19,759 nucleotides of DNA, taken from positions 1 through 19,759 of the forward strand of contig JAJPHT010000009.1 in the NCBI GenBank assembly GCA_021325135.1, written 5' to 3'. Shown in pieces: positions 6,977 to 14,715 of this stretch. This DNA is from Pseudomonadota bacterium (GTDB taxonomy: Archaea; Thermoplasmatota; SW-10-69-26; JACQPN01; JAJPHT01). Below the pieces are notes generated by a model. The model saw only the letters and a list, made by a program, of their open reading frames with translations. It was not told the DNA's origin and searched no databases. The translations under genes were made by a program, and so were the position numbers. The stretch's first letter is position 1, and every line of letters begins with the position of its first letter.

Positions 6977-8683
6977 TCAACTGGGGCCCGCCGTCACGCT
7001 GCCGGGGCCCCAGAGCGCGTGCCGGATGGACTGGTCCAGGGCCACCCAGGGGGTCATCTCGGGGCGCGGCTCGGGGGGTCCTCCCCCCAGGAGGGTGGCC
7101 TCGGCGCGGGCCAGCGCGGCGTCGTCCACAAGGCCGTACCCTTGGTCCAGGGTCGAGAGGGGGCTGAGGCTGGGGTCGCGGGCGAGGCCGGGCTGGAAGG
7201 CAGCCGGCGCGCTGGCGTTGAGGAGGTAGGGGAGCGCGGCCTGGGGTGCCACGTCGAGGCCGGCGCGGCGGGCGGCCTCCAGGAGGAGGGCGAAGTGGCC
7301 CGCGGCGTTGGGTGTGGACGCGCTGGTGCCGGTGAAGACGCGGGAGTCGTTGAGGGAGTCCTCCGTGGGGGCGAGGACGTTGGTGCGCGCGATGACCTCC
7401 ACGGGGACGCAGTGCCACCAGGTGGGGTTGCCCGTCGCGGGGTCGGCCGCGCCGACGCGCGTGATCCACGCGGGGCCCGCGAAGACGCTGGTGTAGGTCA
7501 CGCAGTGGTCGGGCGGCGTGCCCGTGTCGGAGGCGCCATTCCCGGAGGCCACGAAGATGGGCTTGCCCGAGAGGCTGGCCGCCAGAGTGGCCCAGTCGGG
7601 GTTCGCGCGGTCGTCCACGACGGGGGTCGAGGGGGTCAAGGGAGCGTCGGCGGCGATCTCGCGCGAGAGCACGACGGCGTCGATCCACGGCTGGTGGGCG
7701 ACCCAGTGGAAGGCGTCGCCCACGGTGAGCGAGGAGATCTCCACCATGACGACGAGGACGTTCCCGTCGGGGGCGGAGGCGTCGGCGCCCAGCGCCAGCG
7801 CGGCGACCTGCGTGCCGTGGCCCACCTCGTCGAGGATGGGCGTCGTGCCGCCCGGGGCCGTCGTGCTGCCGTCCTCGCCGAAGGAGATGGCGCCCACGAT
7901 GCGCGTGCCGGGGACGTAGTAGAGGTGCTCGTCGAAGGTGTCGGTGTCGGCGTGGTACACGCTGCGGGGGACGGCGTCGAACGTCGCGCGGTCCTGCGCC
8001 ACCGCCGTCGCGTAGTCGGGCGCGTCCAGGCTCAGCGCGAGGGGCTGCGCGGAGGAGGGGTAGCCCGGGAGCCACGTCGAGGGGGCGTCCACGAGCGCGG
8101 ACGCGCGGAAGAACTGGTGGTAGGGGTTGATGCCCGAGTCGAGGACCGCGACGACGGTGTGCGGGCCCTGCTCCGCGCTCTGCGTCGGCTCGACGCGCTG
8201 GCCGCCGTTGGGGACGAGCTCCAGGCTCACGGGGAGGACCTGCGCCGCGGCCTGGTTCACGCCCACGGAGAAGGCGTAGGACTGCGGCGTCGTGTTGGAC
8301 GCGATGGCCAGGGACCAGACGCCGCCCTCGCGCGCGACGAGGAAGGTCGCGACGGGCTGCACGTCGGCGACGACGCAGCGCGAGTCCGCCAGGGCGTCGG
8401 AGGGGTCGAAGAGGGCGAGGCAGGCCTGCGGGCCGGCGAGGCGGATGCTGATGGGGTCGCCCGCCTGGGCGCGGAAGGAGTAGACGTCTCTCACGTCCCG
8501 GGTGTCGGAGAGGTTGCCCTCGTAGGCGCGCCCCGACTCCACGAAGATGGGCGAGGGCGGCGCGTCGGGCGCGTCGCGGCCCGAGCCCGCGTCGTCGGGG
8601 CCGAAGGGCGCCGGCACGGAGGGTAACGCCCACGCCACGGGGAAAAGAAGGACAAGAATCAACGTCAGGCTCCTCGCACGCAT
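6977..8683 (-). CDS. Secreted S8 (subtilisin-like) serine peptidase with N-terminal PPC-like domain, ~568 aa
   Basis: Signal peptide MRARSLTLILVLLFPVAWA. Catalytic motifs VAVLDSGI (Asp), GHGTQVA (His), FTGTSASTP (Ser), oxyanion FVASGNG, C-terminal GYGLVD. ATG 8683 lies 24 nt after GTTTTT. Confidence 0.88.
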   Translation of the reverse strand: MRARSLTLILVLLFPVAWALPSVPAPFGPDDAGSGRDAPDAPPSPIFVESGRAYEGNLSDTRDVRDVYSFRAQAGDPISIRLAGPQACLALFDPSDALADSRCVVADVQPVATFLVAREGGVWSLAIASNTTPQSYAFSVGVNQAAAQVLPVSLELVPNGGQRVEPTQSAEQGPHTVVAVLDSGINPYHQFFRASALVDAPSTWLPGYPSSAQPLALSLDAPDYATAVAQDRATFDAVPRSVYHADTDTFDEHLYYVPGTRIVGAISFGEDGSTTAPGGTTPILDEVGHGTQVAALALGADASAPDGNVLVVMVEISSLTVGDAFHWVAHQPWIDAVVLSREIAADAPLTPSTPVVDDRANPDWATLAASLSGKPIFVASGNGASDTGTPPDHCVTYTSVFAGPAWITRVGAADPATGNPTWWHCVPVEVIARTNVLAPTEDSLNDSRVFTGTSASTPNAAGHFALLLEAARRAGLDVAPQAALPYLLNASAPAAFQPGLARDPSLSPLSTLDQGYGLVDDAALARAEATLLGGGPPEPRPEMTPWVALDQSIRHALWGPGSVTAGPS

Positions 8684-8790
8684 GGGGGCCGCACTGCCTT
8701 GCCCAGCAAAAACCATTCTTGCTCGATGCGCACGGTGACGGCACAGCCCCGAATTTCACAGGAATTCTCGCATGCGTTAGACTCTCTCAC

Positions 8791-8859
8791 CGAAAGCCTT
8801 TCACCGATGCGAGTGGGTGGCGACCGCTTGAGGCGAGAGCCTCAAACAGGAGGTTTCAG
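8791..8859 (+). promoter_or_regulatory. Promoter, 5'-terminal GNRA hairpin and SD of the 8864 gene
   Basis: CGAAAGCCTTTCA is BRE/TATA-like. 24 nt later comes TTGAGGC-GAGA-GCCTCAA (8828-8845), then SD AGGAGGT (8848-8854). Confidence 0.6.
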
Positions 8860-8863
8860 ACAC

Positions 8864-9592
8864 ATGAGAACCATCGTTAGCTTGCTGTTTGTCTCGATTC
8901 TGGCGGCGACCCCCCTCGCTGCCGCGTTCGCGATCCAGCACGTCCAGCCCCCGCCGGTCATCGACCCCACCCTTGGCCAGATCAGCAACCCCGTCAGCGT
9001 GAACCCCGTTGGCGGCGTCGGCGGAACGCTCCTCGACCAGGTCGGCGCCGTGCCCACCAGCCTGCCCAGCACGCAGGTCATCGACTGCGACCCCATGCCC
9101 ACGGACACCGTGGACGCGCTGGTCTGCACCTTCTACAACGCCATCGGCCCCACGGTCGCCGGCGTCGAGGGTCTGGTCGCCTCCGTGGTCGGCCAGGTCG
9201 TGCAGCTCGCCCAGCCCGTGACCAACGCCGTCGACGGCGCCGAGGGCATCGCCTTCGCCGAGGCCCAGCACGACGGCCAGACCGCGACCGACACGGCCAA
9301 CACCGCGCTGGGCGCGGGCCAGACCGTGGTGGACACGGCCTCCGGCGCCGCTGGCACCGCGGAGGGCATCGCCGTGGACGGCGTGAACCAGGCCATCGAC
9401 GTCGTGAACGGCGTCACCGGCGGCCTCGGCTCCACCGTCGTCGAGGCGGCCGGCTCCATCTACGGCACGGCCAACGGCGAGGTCTTCAGCCTCGAGGTCA
9501 CGGCGCACGACCAGTGCAACCGCGACCTCGGCCAGGACCGCTGCAACAACATCCCCTACGCCACGGGCCCCGCGTTCCCCCTGACGCCGTAG
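8864..9592 (+). CDS. Secreted acidic Ala/Gly/Val/Thr-rich hypothetical protein, 242 aa
   Basis: Strong SD, signal peptide MRTIVSLLFVSILAATPLAAA, high GC3, four Cys in two pairs, followed by a terminator. Confidence 0.85.
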   Translation: MRTIVSLLFVSILAATPLAAAFAIQHVQPPPVIDPTLGQISNPVSVNPVGGVGGTLLDQVGAVPTSLPSTQVIDCDPMPTDTVDALVCTFYNAIGPTVAGVEGLVASVVGQVVQLAQPVTNAVDGAEGIAFAEAQHDGQTATDTANTALGAGQTVVDTASGAAGTAEGIAVDGVNQAIDVVNGVTGGLGSTVVEAAGSIYGTANGEVFSLEVTAHDQCNRDLGQDRCNNIPYATGPAFPLTP

Positions 9593-9608
9593 GCGCATGA
9601 GCAGACCC

Positions 9609-9645
9609 GGGCGGCGGGCTTCCCCGCCGCCCTGGATTTTTTTTT
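9609..9645 (+). terminator. Intrinsic-type terminator
   Basis: GGGCGGCGGG-CTTC-CCCGCCGCCC (10-bp stem), then a run of nine T at 9637-9645. Confidence 0.85.
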
Positions 9646-9689
9646 CTAACACCCAAAAACCCCAAGACCAGGCCTGGCCTTGCGCGGGC

Positions 9690-10448
9690 GTGGTCCTCGG
9701 ATCGGGACGCCGCGTGGGCGGCTGGATGATGGCGACGGGGGCGTTCCTCGTCGCGGCCGGCGTCGCTGTCCTCGCGGCTGCCGCCGACGCCCTGCAGGCG
9801 CAGGCCGCCCAGCTCGACCCCAGCCAGCAGCGCCTGGAGGCGACGGGCGCCCAGGCCATCGCGGGCGGCGTCATCGCAGGCGTCGGGCTCCTCGTCTTCC
9901 TCGTGGCGTCCCTCGCCTTCCTCGTGGGCTCGCATCGCGTCCGGAAGCACGGCGCGCCCTTGGAGCGCCCGCCCGGCATCGCGGCGGGCGTCGCGGGCTT
10001 CGTCGTCCTGGGCATGCTCCTTTTCGCCCTCGTGGCGCCCCAGGGCCCCCTCGCCAAGTCGGTGCAGACCGCGGCGGGGGGCGGCCCCGGCGCCGTGGAG
10101 GTCCGCACCTTCGAAGGCGAATTGACGGCGGCCACCGTGGGCGGCCACGCCAGCGCGGAGGACGTCCACAGCATCGACCTCGTCGCCCGACGCGGCGCCA
10201 TCAACCTGCACCTGGGGTCCGGCGGACAGGGCGTGGGCGCTGCGTTCGCCATCGCCATCCTGGAGGCGCCCGACGGCTCGGGCGGCTGGAAGGAGATCGC
10301 GCGCACACCCCCCGGCGCGGACACGACGGCCTCCGTGCCCGTGGCCTCCTACTCGGGGAACCTGCGGGCCCGCGTCCAGATGGCCGACGGCTCCGCGGGG
10401 TCGGTCAAGTACGTGCTGGGCTTCTCCTTCGCCCCTGCGACAGAATGA
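9690..10448 (+). CDS. Hypothetical membrane protein (3 TM segments plus C-terminal beta-rich domain)
   Basis: Three hydrophobic segments followed by a soluble beta-like domain; high GC3. Start is uncertain (GTG 9690, or ATG 9726/9729). Confidence 0.7.
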   Translation: MVLGSGRRVGGWMMATGAFLVAAGVAVLAAAADALQAQAAQLDPSQQRLEATGAQAIAGGVIAGVGLLVFLVASLAFLVGSHRVRKHGAPLERPPGIAAGVAGFVVLGMLLFALVAPQGPLAKSVQTAAGGGPGAVEVRTFEGELTAATVGGHASAEDVHSIDLVARRGAINLHLGSGGQGVGAAFAIAILEAPDGSGGWKEIARTPPGADTTASVPVASYSGNLRARVQMADGSAGSVKYVLGFSFAPATE

Positions 10449-10457
10449 GGAGCGGCC

Positions 10458-12257
10458 TCACTCCTCGTCGCTTCCCACCTTGGTGTAGAAGTATTCCCCG
10501 AGGGAGCGTTGCTCGCGGTCCAGCCTGGAGCCGGGCTTGTTGACGCGGGGGCGCAGCGTCTCGCGGTCGCGGCGGAAGGTGATGTCCACGTCCTTGAGGA
10601 ACTGGTTCATGCCTTCGCGCAGGTCGTAGGGCCCGCTGCCGACGCCGGCCCGGCCGGGCTTGCCGCCGAACACCATGAGCGAGTCGCACAGCACGTCGAT
10701 GAAGTAGACGTCGTGGTCGACGACCAGCGCGCTGCGGCCCTTCTTCTCCATGGCGCGGCGGATGGTGCGCGCGGCGACCATGCGCTGGTCCACGTCGAGG
10801 TACGCCGAGGGCTCGTCGATGAGGTACAGCTCCGCGTCCTTGCCCAGGCAGAGCGCGATGGCGACGCGCTGCAGCTCGCCGCCCGAGAGCTCGCTGACGA
10901 CCTTCTGCTCCAGGCGCTTGAGCGCGAGGGGGCGCGCGATCTCGTTCTGGAAGAAGCTCGACTGGTACTCCTTGCCCAGCGCGGTGTAGAAGAGCGTCTC
11001 CACCGTGTCGGGGATGTCGGCCTTCACGTACTGCGGCTTGTACGCGACGCGCACCGACTCGGCCAGCTCGCCCACGGTGGGCTTCTCGGCGCCGGCGAGC
11101 ATCTTCACGAACGTCGTCTTGCCCGTGGCGTTGGGGCCCACGATGCCCACGACCTCGCCCTGCTTGATCTCGCCCGCGCCGGTCGCGAGGTGGAACTCGC
11201 CCTGCTGCTTCTCCAGGTGCGGGAACTGGATGAGGGAGGTGCCCGTCCACTGGTGGCGTGGCGGGTGCTCCTCGAACTCGATGACCGAGTCGCGGAAGCG
11301 GATGTTCTCCTCGCGCATCTCGCCCGAGAGGTAGACGTTGATGGCCGTGCGCACGGGGCGCGGCAGCGTGACGATGCCGTAGGCGCCCTCGCGGCCGTAG
11401 ACGAGGTGCACGTTGTCGGCGAGGAAGTCCAGGACCGCGAGGTCGTGCTCGATGACGACGACGGCCTTGCCGTCCTCCTCGGCCAGGTCGCGGATGGCGC
11501 GCGCGACCTTGAGGCGCTGGTGGATGTCGAGGTAGCTGCTGGGCTCGTCGATGAAGTAGACGTCGGCCTCGCGCGCGAGCGCGGCCGCGATGGCGAGGCG
11601 CTGAAGCTCGCCGCCCGAGAGGTGGCCGATCTCGCGGTCCACGACGCCGCCAAGCTCGAAGGTCTCCACGAGCTTGTCCGCGACCTTGCGCTCGTCGGCC
11701 TTGGCGAGGAGGTCGCGCACGGTGCCCTTGACGGCGCGGCCCAGCTTGTCGACGTACTGCGGCTTGACCACGGTCTTGACGCCGCCCTTGGAGACGCGCC
11801 CCAGGTAGTCGCCAAGCTCGGTGCCCGCGTATTTTGATAGCACCGCGTCCCACGTGGGCTTCTTCTCGAAGTCGCCCATGTTGGGGACCTCCTGCCCGCT
11901 GAGGATGCGGATGGTGGTCGTCTTCCCGATGCCGTTGGGGCCCAGGAGGCCGATGACGCGGCCCGCCTTGGGGACGGGGAGGCGGAAGAGCGTGAAGCCG
12001 TTCTCGCCGTAGCGGTGCATGAGGTCCTCCTCAAGCTGCTCGGGGAGGTTCGTGATGTGGATCGCGTCGAAGGGGCACTTGTTGATGCAGATGCCGCAGC
12101 CGATGCAGAGCTCCTCGCTGATGATGGCCTTGCCCTGGTCGGGCCCGGGCTGGATGCACTCGGTGATGCCCTGCCGCACAACCGGACAGAAGGTGACGCA
12201 CTCGTACTGGCACTTCTTCGGCTGGCAGCGGTCTTTCTCGACGACTGCGATCCTCAT
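10458..12257 (-). CDS. rli: Ribosome recycling factor ABCE1 (RLI)
   Basis: N-terminal Fe-S domain (CQPKKC...CP; CIGCGICINKCP), two ABC domains (GPNGIGKTT, GPNATGKTT, two LSGGELQR) and the C-terminal ITFRRD...RPRVNK.GS..DREQ motif. Confidence 0.98.
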   Translation of the reverse strand: MRIAVVEKDRCQPKKCQYECVTFCPVVRQGITECIQPGPDQGKAIISEELCIGCGICINKCPFDAIHITNLPEQLEEDLMHRYGENGFTLFRLPVPKAGRVIGLLGPNGIGKTTTIRILSGQEVPNMGDFEKKPTWDAVLSKYAGTELGDYLGRVSKGGVKTVVKPQYVDKLGRAVKGTVRDLLAKADERKVADKLVETFELGGVVDREIGHLSGGELQRLAIAAALAREADVYFIDEPSSYLDIHQRLKVARAIRDLAEEDGKAVVVIEHDLAVLDFLADNVHLVYGREGAYGIVTLPRPVRTAINVYLSGEMREENIRFRDSVIEFEEHPPRHQWTGTSLIQFPHLEKQQGEFHLATGAGEIKQGEVVGIVGPNATGKTTFVKMLAGAEKPTVGELAESVRVAYKPQYVKADIPDTVETLFYTALGKEYQSSFFQNEIARPLALKRLEQKVVSELSGGELQRVAIALCLGKDAELYLIDEPSAYLDVDQRMVAARTIRRAMEKKGRSALVVDHDVYFIDVLCDSLMVFGGKPGRAGVGSGPYDLREGMNQFLKDVDITFRRDRETLRPRVNKPGSRLDREQRSLGEYFYTKVGSDEE

Positions 12258-12328
12258 GGGATGCGCCGCCGAGCGGGGGCCTGGGTCAAATACCTATCCG
12301 GACGCGGGAGCCCGCTTCTTGCCTCGCT

Positions 12329-12476
12329 CTCTGGTCTCGCTTCCGCTGGGGGCTGCGCCCCCTTTCCCCCCGCCAAACCACCGGACCACGGGACCCCCGA
12401 ACCCACGCCGAAGATTCAGTGGTCCGGTGGTTCGTGGGTCCGGGTTGTGGCGGGGAAAGGGGGCGCAGCCCCCAGC
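12329..12476. repeat. REPIN/MITE-like inverted-repeat element, copy 2
   Basis: Perfect 25-bp inverted repeat (12345-12369 / 12452-12476), each arm containing GGGGGC-N3-GCCCCC. Inner 14-bp inverted repeat (12376-12389 / 12419-12432). Confidence 0.8.
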
Positions 12477-12492
12477 AAGGGGACATGGCAGT

Positions 12493-13800
12493 TCAGCCAT
12501 CAGCAAGGACCCGCGCGTACCACACCGTCTCGTCTTTGGTCGTGTCCTGGAACACGACGTGGACCGAGCCATCGAGGTCCGCGGCCACGCCCAGGTAGTC
12601 GCCCAGGTGCCGCTCGGGCGCGTTGCCCAGCGAGACGCACCCCGCCAGGGGCGCGCACTCGCGCTCGCAGTAGGGCGTGCCGCGCGTGCAGACCGCGCCG
12701 TGGTGGACCGGCTGCGCAACGACGCGCGCCTCGCGGGCGACGGGCGTCGCGGTGTCCGCGCCGTCCACCACCACGACGCGGAGGTACCAGTCCCCGTCCG
12801 CCGCGTCGGGCGTGCCGGTGCCGTTGGGGTTCTCATAGAACGCCAGGGCGAGGCGCCCCTTGGCTCCGGCCGCGCTCCACGGATGCACGTGGATGCCCGG
12901 CGCGGCGGTGGCCTCGCGGGGCGGGTCGAACGAGCGGCCCCCGTCGCGCGAGACGGCCCAGAGCACGCGCGTGCCGCTCTCCTTCTGCTCGGCGCTCGTC
13001 ACGTAGACGTTCCCCGCGGCGTCCACGGCCGCGGTGGTGAAGAGCCAGCCCACGGGGCCGGAGGCCTTCCAGGCGAGCGTGCGCTGGAACGTCTGCCCGC
13101 CGTCGCGCGAGACGAAGAGGGAAGGCCCCTCGGCGCCGTTGCGCGCCACGTAGAGCGCGCCGTCGGGCCCCACCGCGGGGACGCCGGGCACGACGAACTC
13201 ACCCGCGCCCATCTCGGTGCCCGGGAACATCGTCTGCGTGGGGAAGGTGCGCCCGCCGTCGTGGCTCGCCGCCACCCAGAAGCCCGTGGGGATCTGGTTC
13301 CACGCGAGATAGACGCTCCCGTTGGGCCCCGCCGCGAGCCAGGGGCGATCGCCGCCCGCGAGGCGCGTGCTCACGACGCTGCGAAGCTCCCACGTCTTGC
13401 CGTGGTCCGCGCTGGCCATGAGCGTGACGGAGCCCAGGTAGAGGTCCGCGGCGTAGACCGTCCCGTCGGGCGCCACGGCGGGCTGCCCCTCGGCGCCTGC
13501 GGGCAGGTCGCGCATGGAGGCCCCGTCCATGGCGGGGACCTCCGCGAACGAGGTGCCGTTGTCGTGGCTGGCCCACAAGTGCATCGCGTCGAAGGGGTGC
13601 GACGCGGTGACGAAGAGGTTCCCCGCGCCGTCGCTCGCCACGCTGGGCTCGAAGACCGGCGCCGTCGTGGGAAGCTGCACCGGGGGCAGCGCCCGCAGGG
13701 TGGGCTCGGCCGTGGAGGCGGGTGCCAGGGGGCCGCCCAGCATCGGCGCGGCGCACCCGGCGAAGGCGAGCGCGGCCAGGACCAGGAGGAGGCGGGTCAC
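12493..13800 (-). CDS. Asp-box (BNR) beta-propeller lipoprotein, sialidase-like fold, ~435 aa
   Basis: Lipobox LAFAGC. Five Asp boxes (SHDNGTSF, SADHGKTW, SHDGGRTF, SRDGGQTF, SRDGGRSF), a GGDRPW motif and C-terminal LGDY. GTG start is inferred. Confidence 0.88.
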   Translation of the reverse strand: MTRLLLVLAALAFAGCAAPMLGGPLAPASTAEPTLRALPPVQLPTTAPVFEPSVASDGAGNLFVTASHPFDAMHLWASHDNGTSFAEVPAMDGASMRDLPAGAEGQPAVAPDGTVYAADLYLGSVTLMASADHGKTWELRSVVSTRLAGGDRPWLAAGPNGSVYLAWNQIPTGFWVAASHDGGRTFPTQTMFPGTEMGAGEFVVPGVPAVGPDGALYVARNGAEGPSLFVSRDGGQTFQRTLAWKASGPVGWLFTTAAVDAAGNVYVTSAEQKESGTRVLWAVSRDGGRSFDPPREATAAPGIHVHPWSAAGAKGRLALAFYENPNGTGTPDAADGDWYLRVVVVDGADTATPVAREARVVAQPVHHGAVCTRGTPYCERECAPLAGCVSLGNAPERHLGDYLGVAADLDGSVHVVFQDTTKDETVWYARVLADG

Positions 13801-13911
13801 GCCCCTGGATCGCCCGCGGAGGAAAAGCCCGTCGCGCCCCTTCACAGGAAATCTCCAGCGCCCGGGGCCACCCGCGCAACCCTTATTCGCGGGCGGGCGG
13901 GCTCCCCCCGC

Positions 13912-14664
13912 GTGGCGTCGTCGGGACCCGATCCGCTCCAGGCCGCGCTCCGGCGCGCCATGGAGCGAGCCAGCGGCGCGATGCCCCCCGTCTCGCCCGC
14001 GATGCGCTTCGAGCTGCGCCGCAAGGTGCTGCACGTGATGGTGGCCGTCGTCGCGGTGCCCGCCATCCTCCTGCTGCCCTTCGGCCTCGTGGTCGCCGCC
14101 GCGCTGGCGGGCATCGTCGTCATCACCCTCGTCTGGGCCGTGGACCGGCGCTACATCAAGCCCGACGCGCGCCTGCCGCGCCTCCACGCGCCCCTCCAGA
14201 AGATCCTCCGCGCCACGCGCCGCCCCGGCGAGGACTTCCCCTGGTCGCCCGTCCTCTACACGGCGGCCCTCGTCCTCATCGGCCTCGCCCACGTCTGGTG
14301 GGGCCTCTCGTGGGCCATCGCGTTCGCGGCCTTCGCCATCCTGGGCCTGGGCGACGCGGCCAGCGCGCTCGTGGGCGTCGCCTACGGCCGCCGCCGCCTC
14401 CCGTGGAACCGCAAGAAGAGCTGGGAGGGCACGGGCGCGGGCTTCGTCGCCGGAGCCCTCGCGGGCCTCGTCATGGCCGCCATCCCCTTCGCGTTCAAGG
14501 GCGTCGTCGTCCCGCCCCCCTTCTTCGCCGTCGTCCTCGCCGGCGCGGCCGCGGGCGCCTTGGCCGAGACGATCCCCCGGGTGGAGGACAATCTCGTGGT
14601 GCCCCTCGCCTCCGCCGCGACGATGTTCGGCCTCGCCACGGCGCTGGGCCTCGCGCTGCCGTGA
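13912..14664 (+). CDS. Dolichol/phytol kinase family (SEC59/DGK1/VTE5-like) membrane protein, ~250 aa
   Basis: ELRRKVLH, LGLGDAASALVG..YG, NRKKSWEGT and EDNLVVP motifs. GTG 13912 lies 24 nt after CTTATT. Confidence 0.88.
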   Translation: MASSGPDPLQAALRRAMERASGAMPPVSPAMRFELRRKVLHVMVAVVAVPAILLLPFGLVVAAALAGIVVITLVWAVDRRYIKPDARLPRLHAPLQKILRATRRPGEDFPWSPVLYTAALVLIGLAHVWWGLSWAIAFAAFAILGLGDAASALVGVAYGRRRLPWNRKKSWEGTGAGFVAGALAGLVMAAIPFAFKGVVVPPPFFAVVLAGAAAGALAETIPRVEDNLVVPLASAATMFGLATALGLALP

Positions 14665-14715
14665 GCCGGCGTTCGTTCCACAACGCACGCGCACCGCGCC
14701 CCGCCTGCGCGCCGC

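Noticed and set aside
12376-12444. H-type pseudoknot inside the inverted-repeat element
   Set aside because: The two 3' strands abut with no connecting loop, so both long helices cannot form together. It is better explained by octamer repeats.
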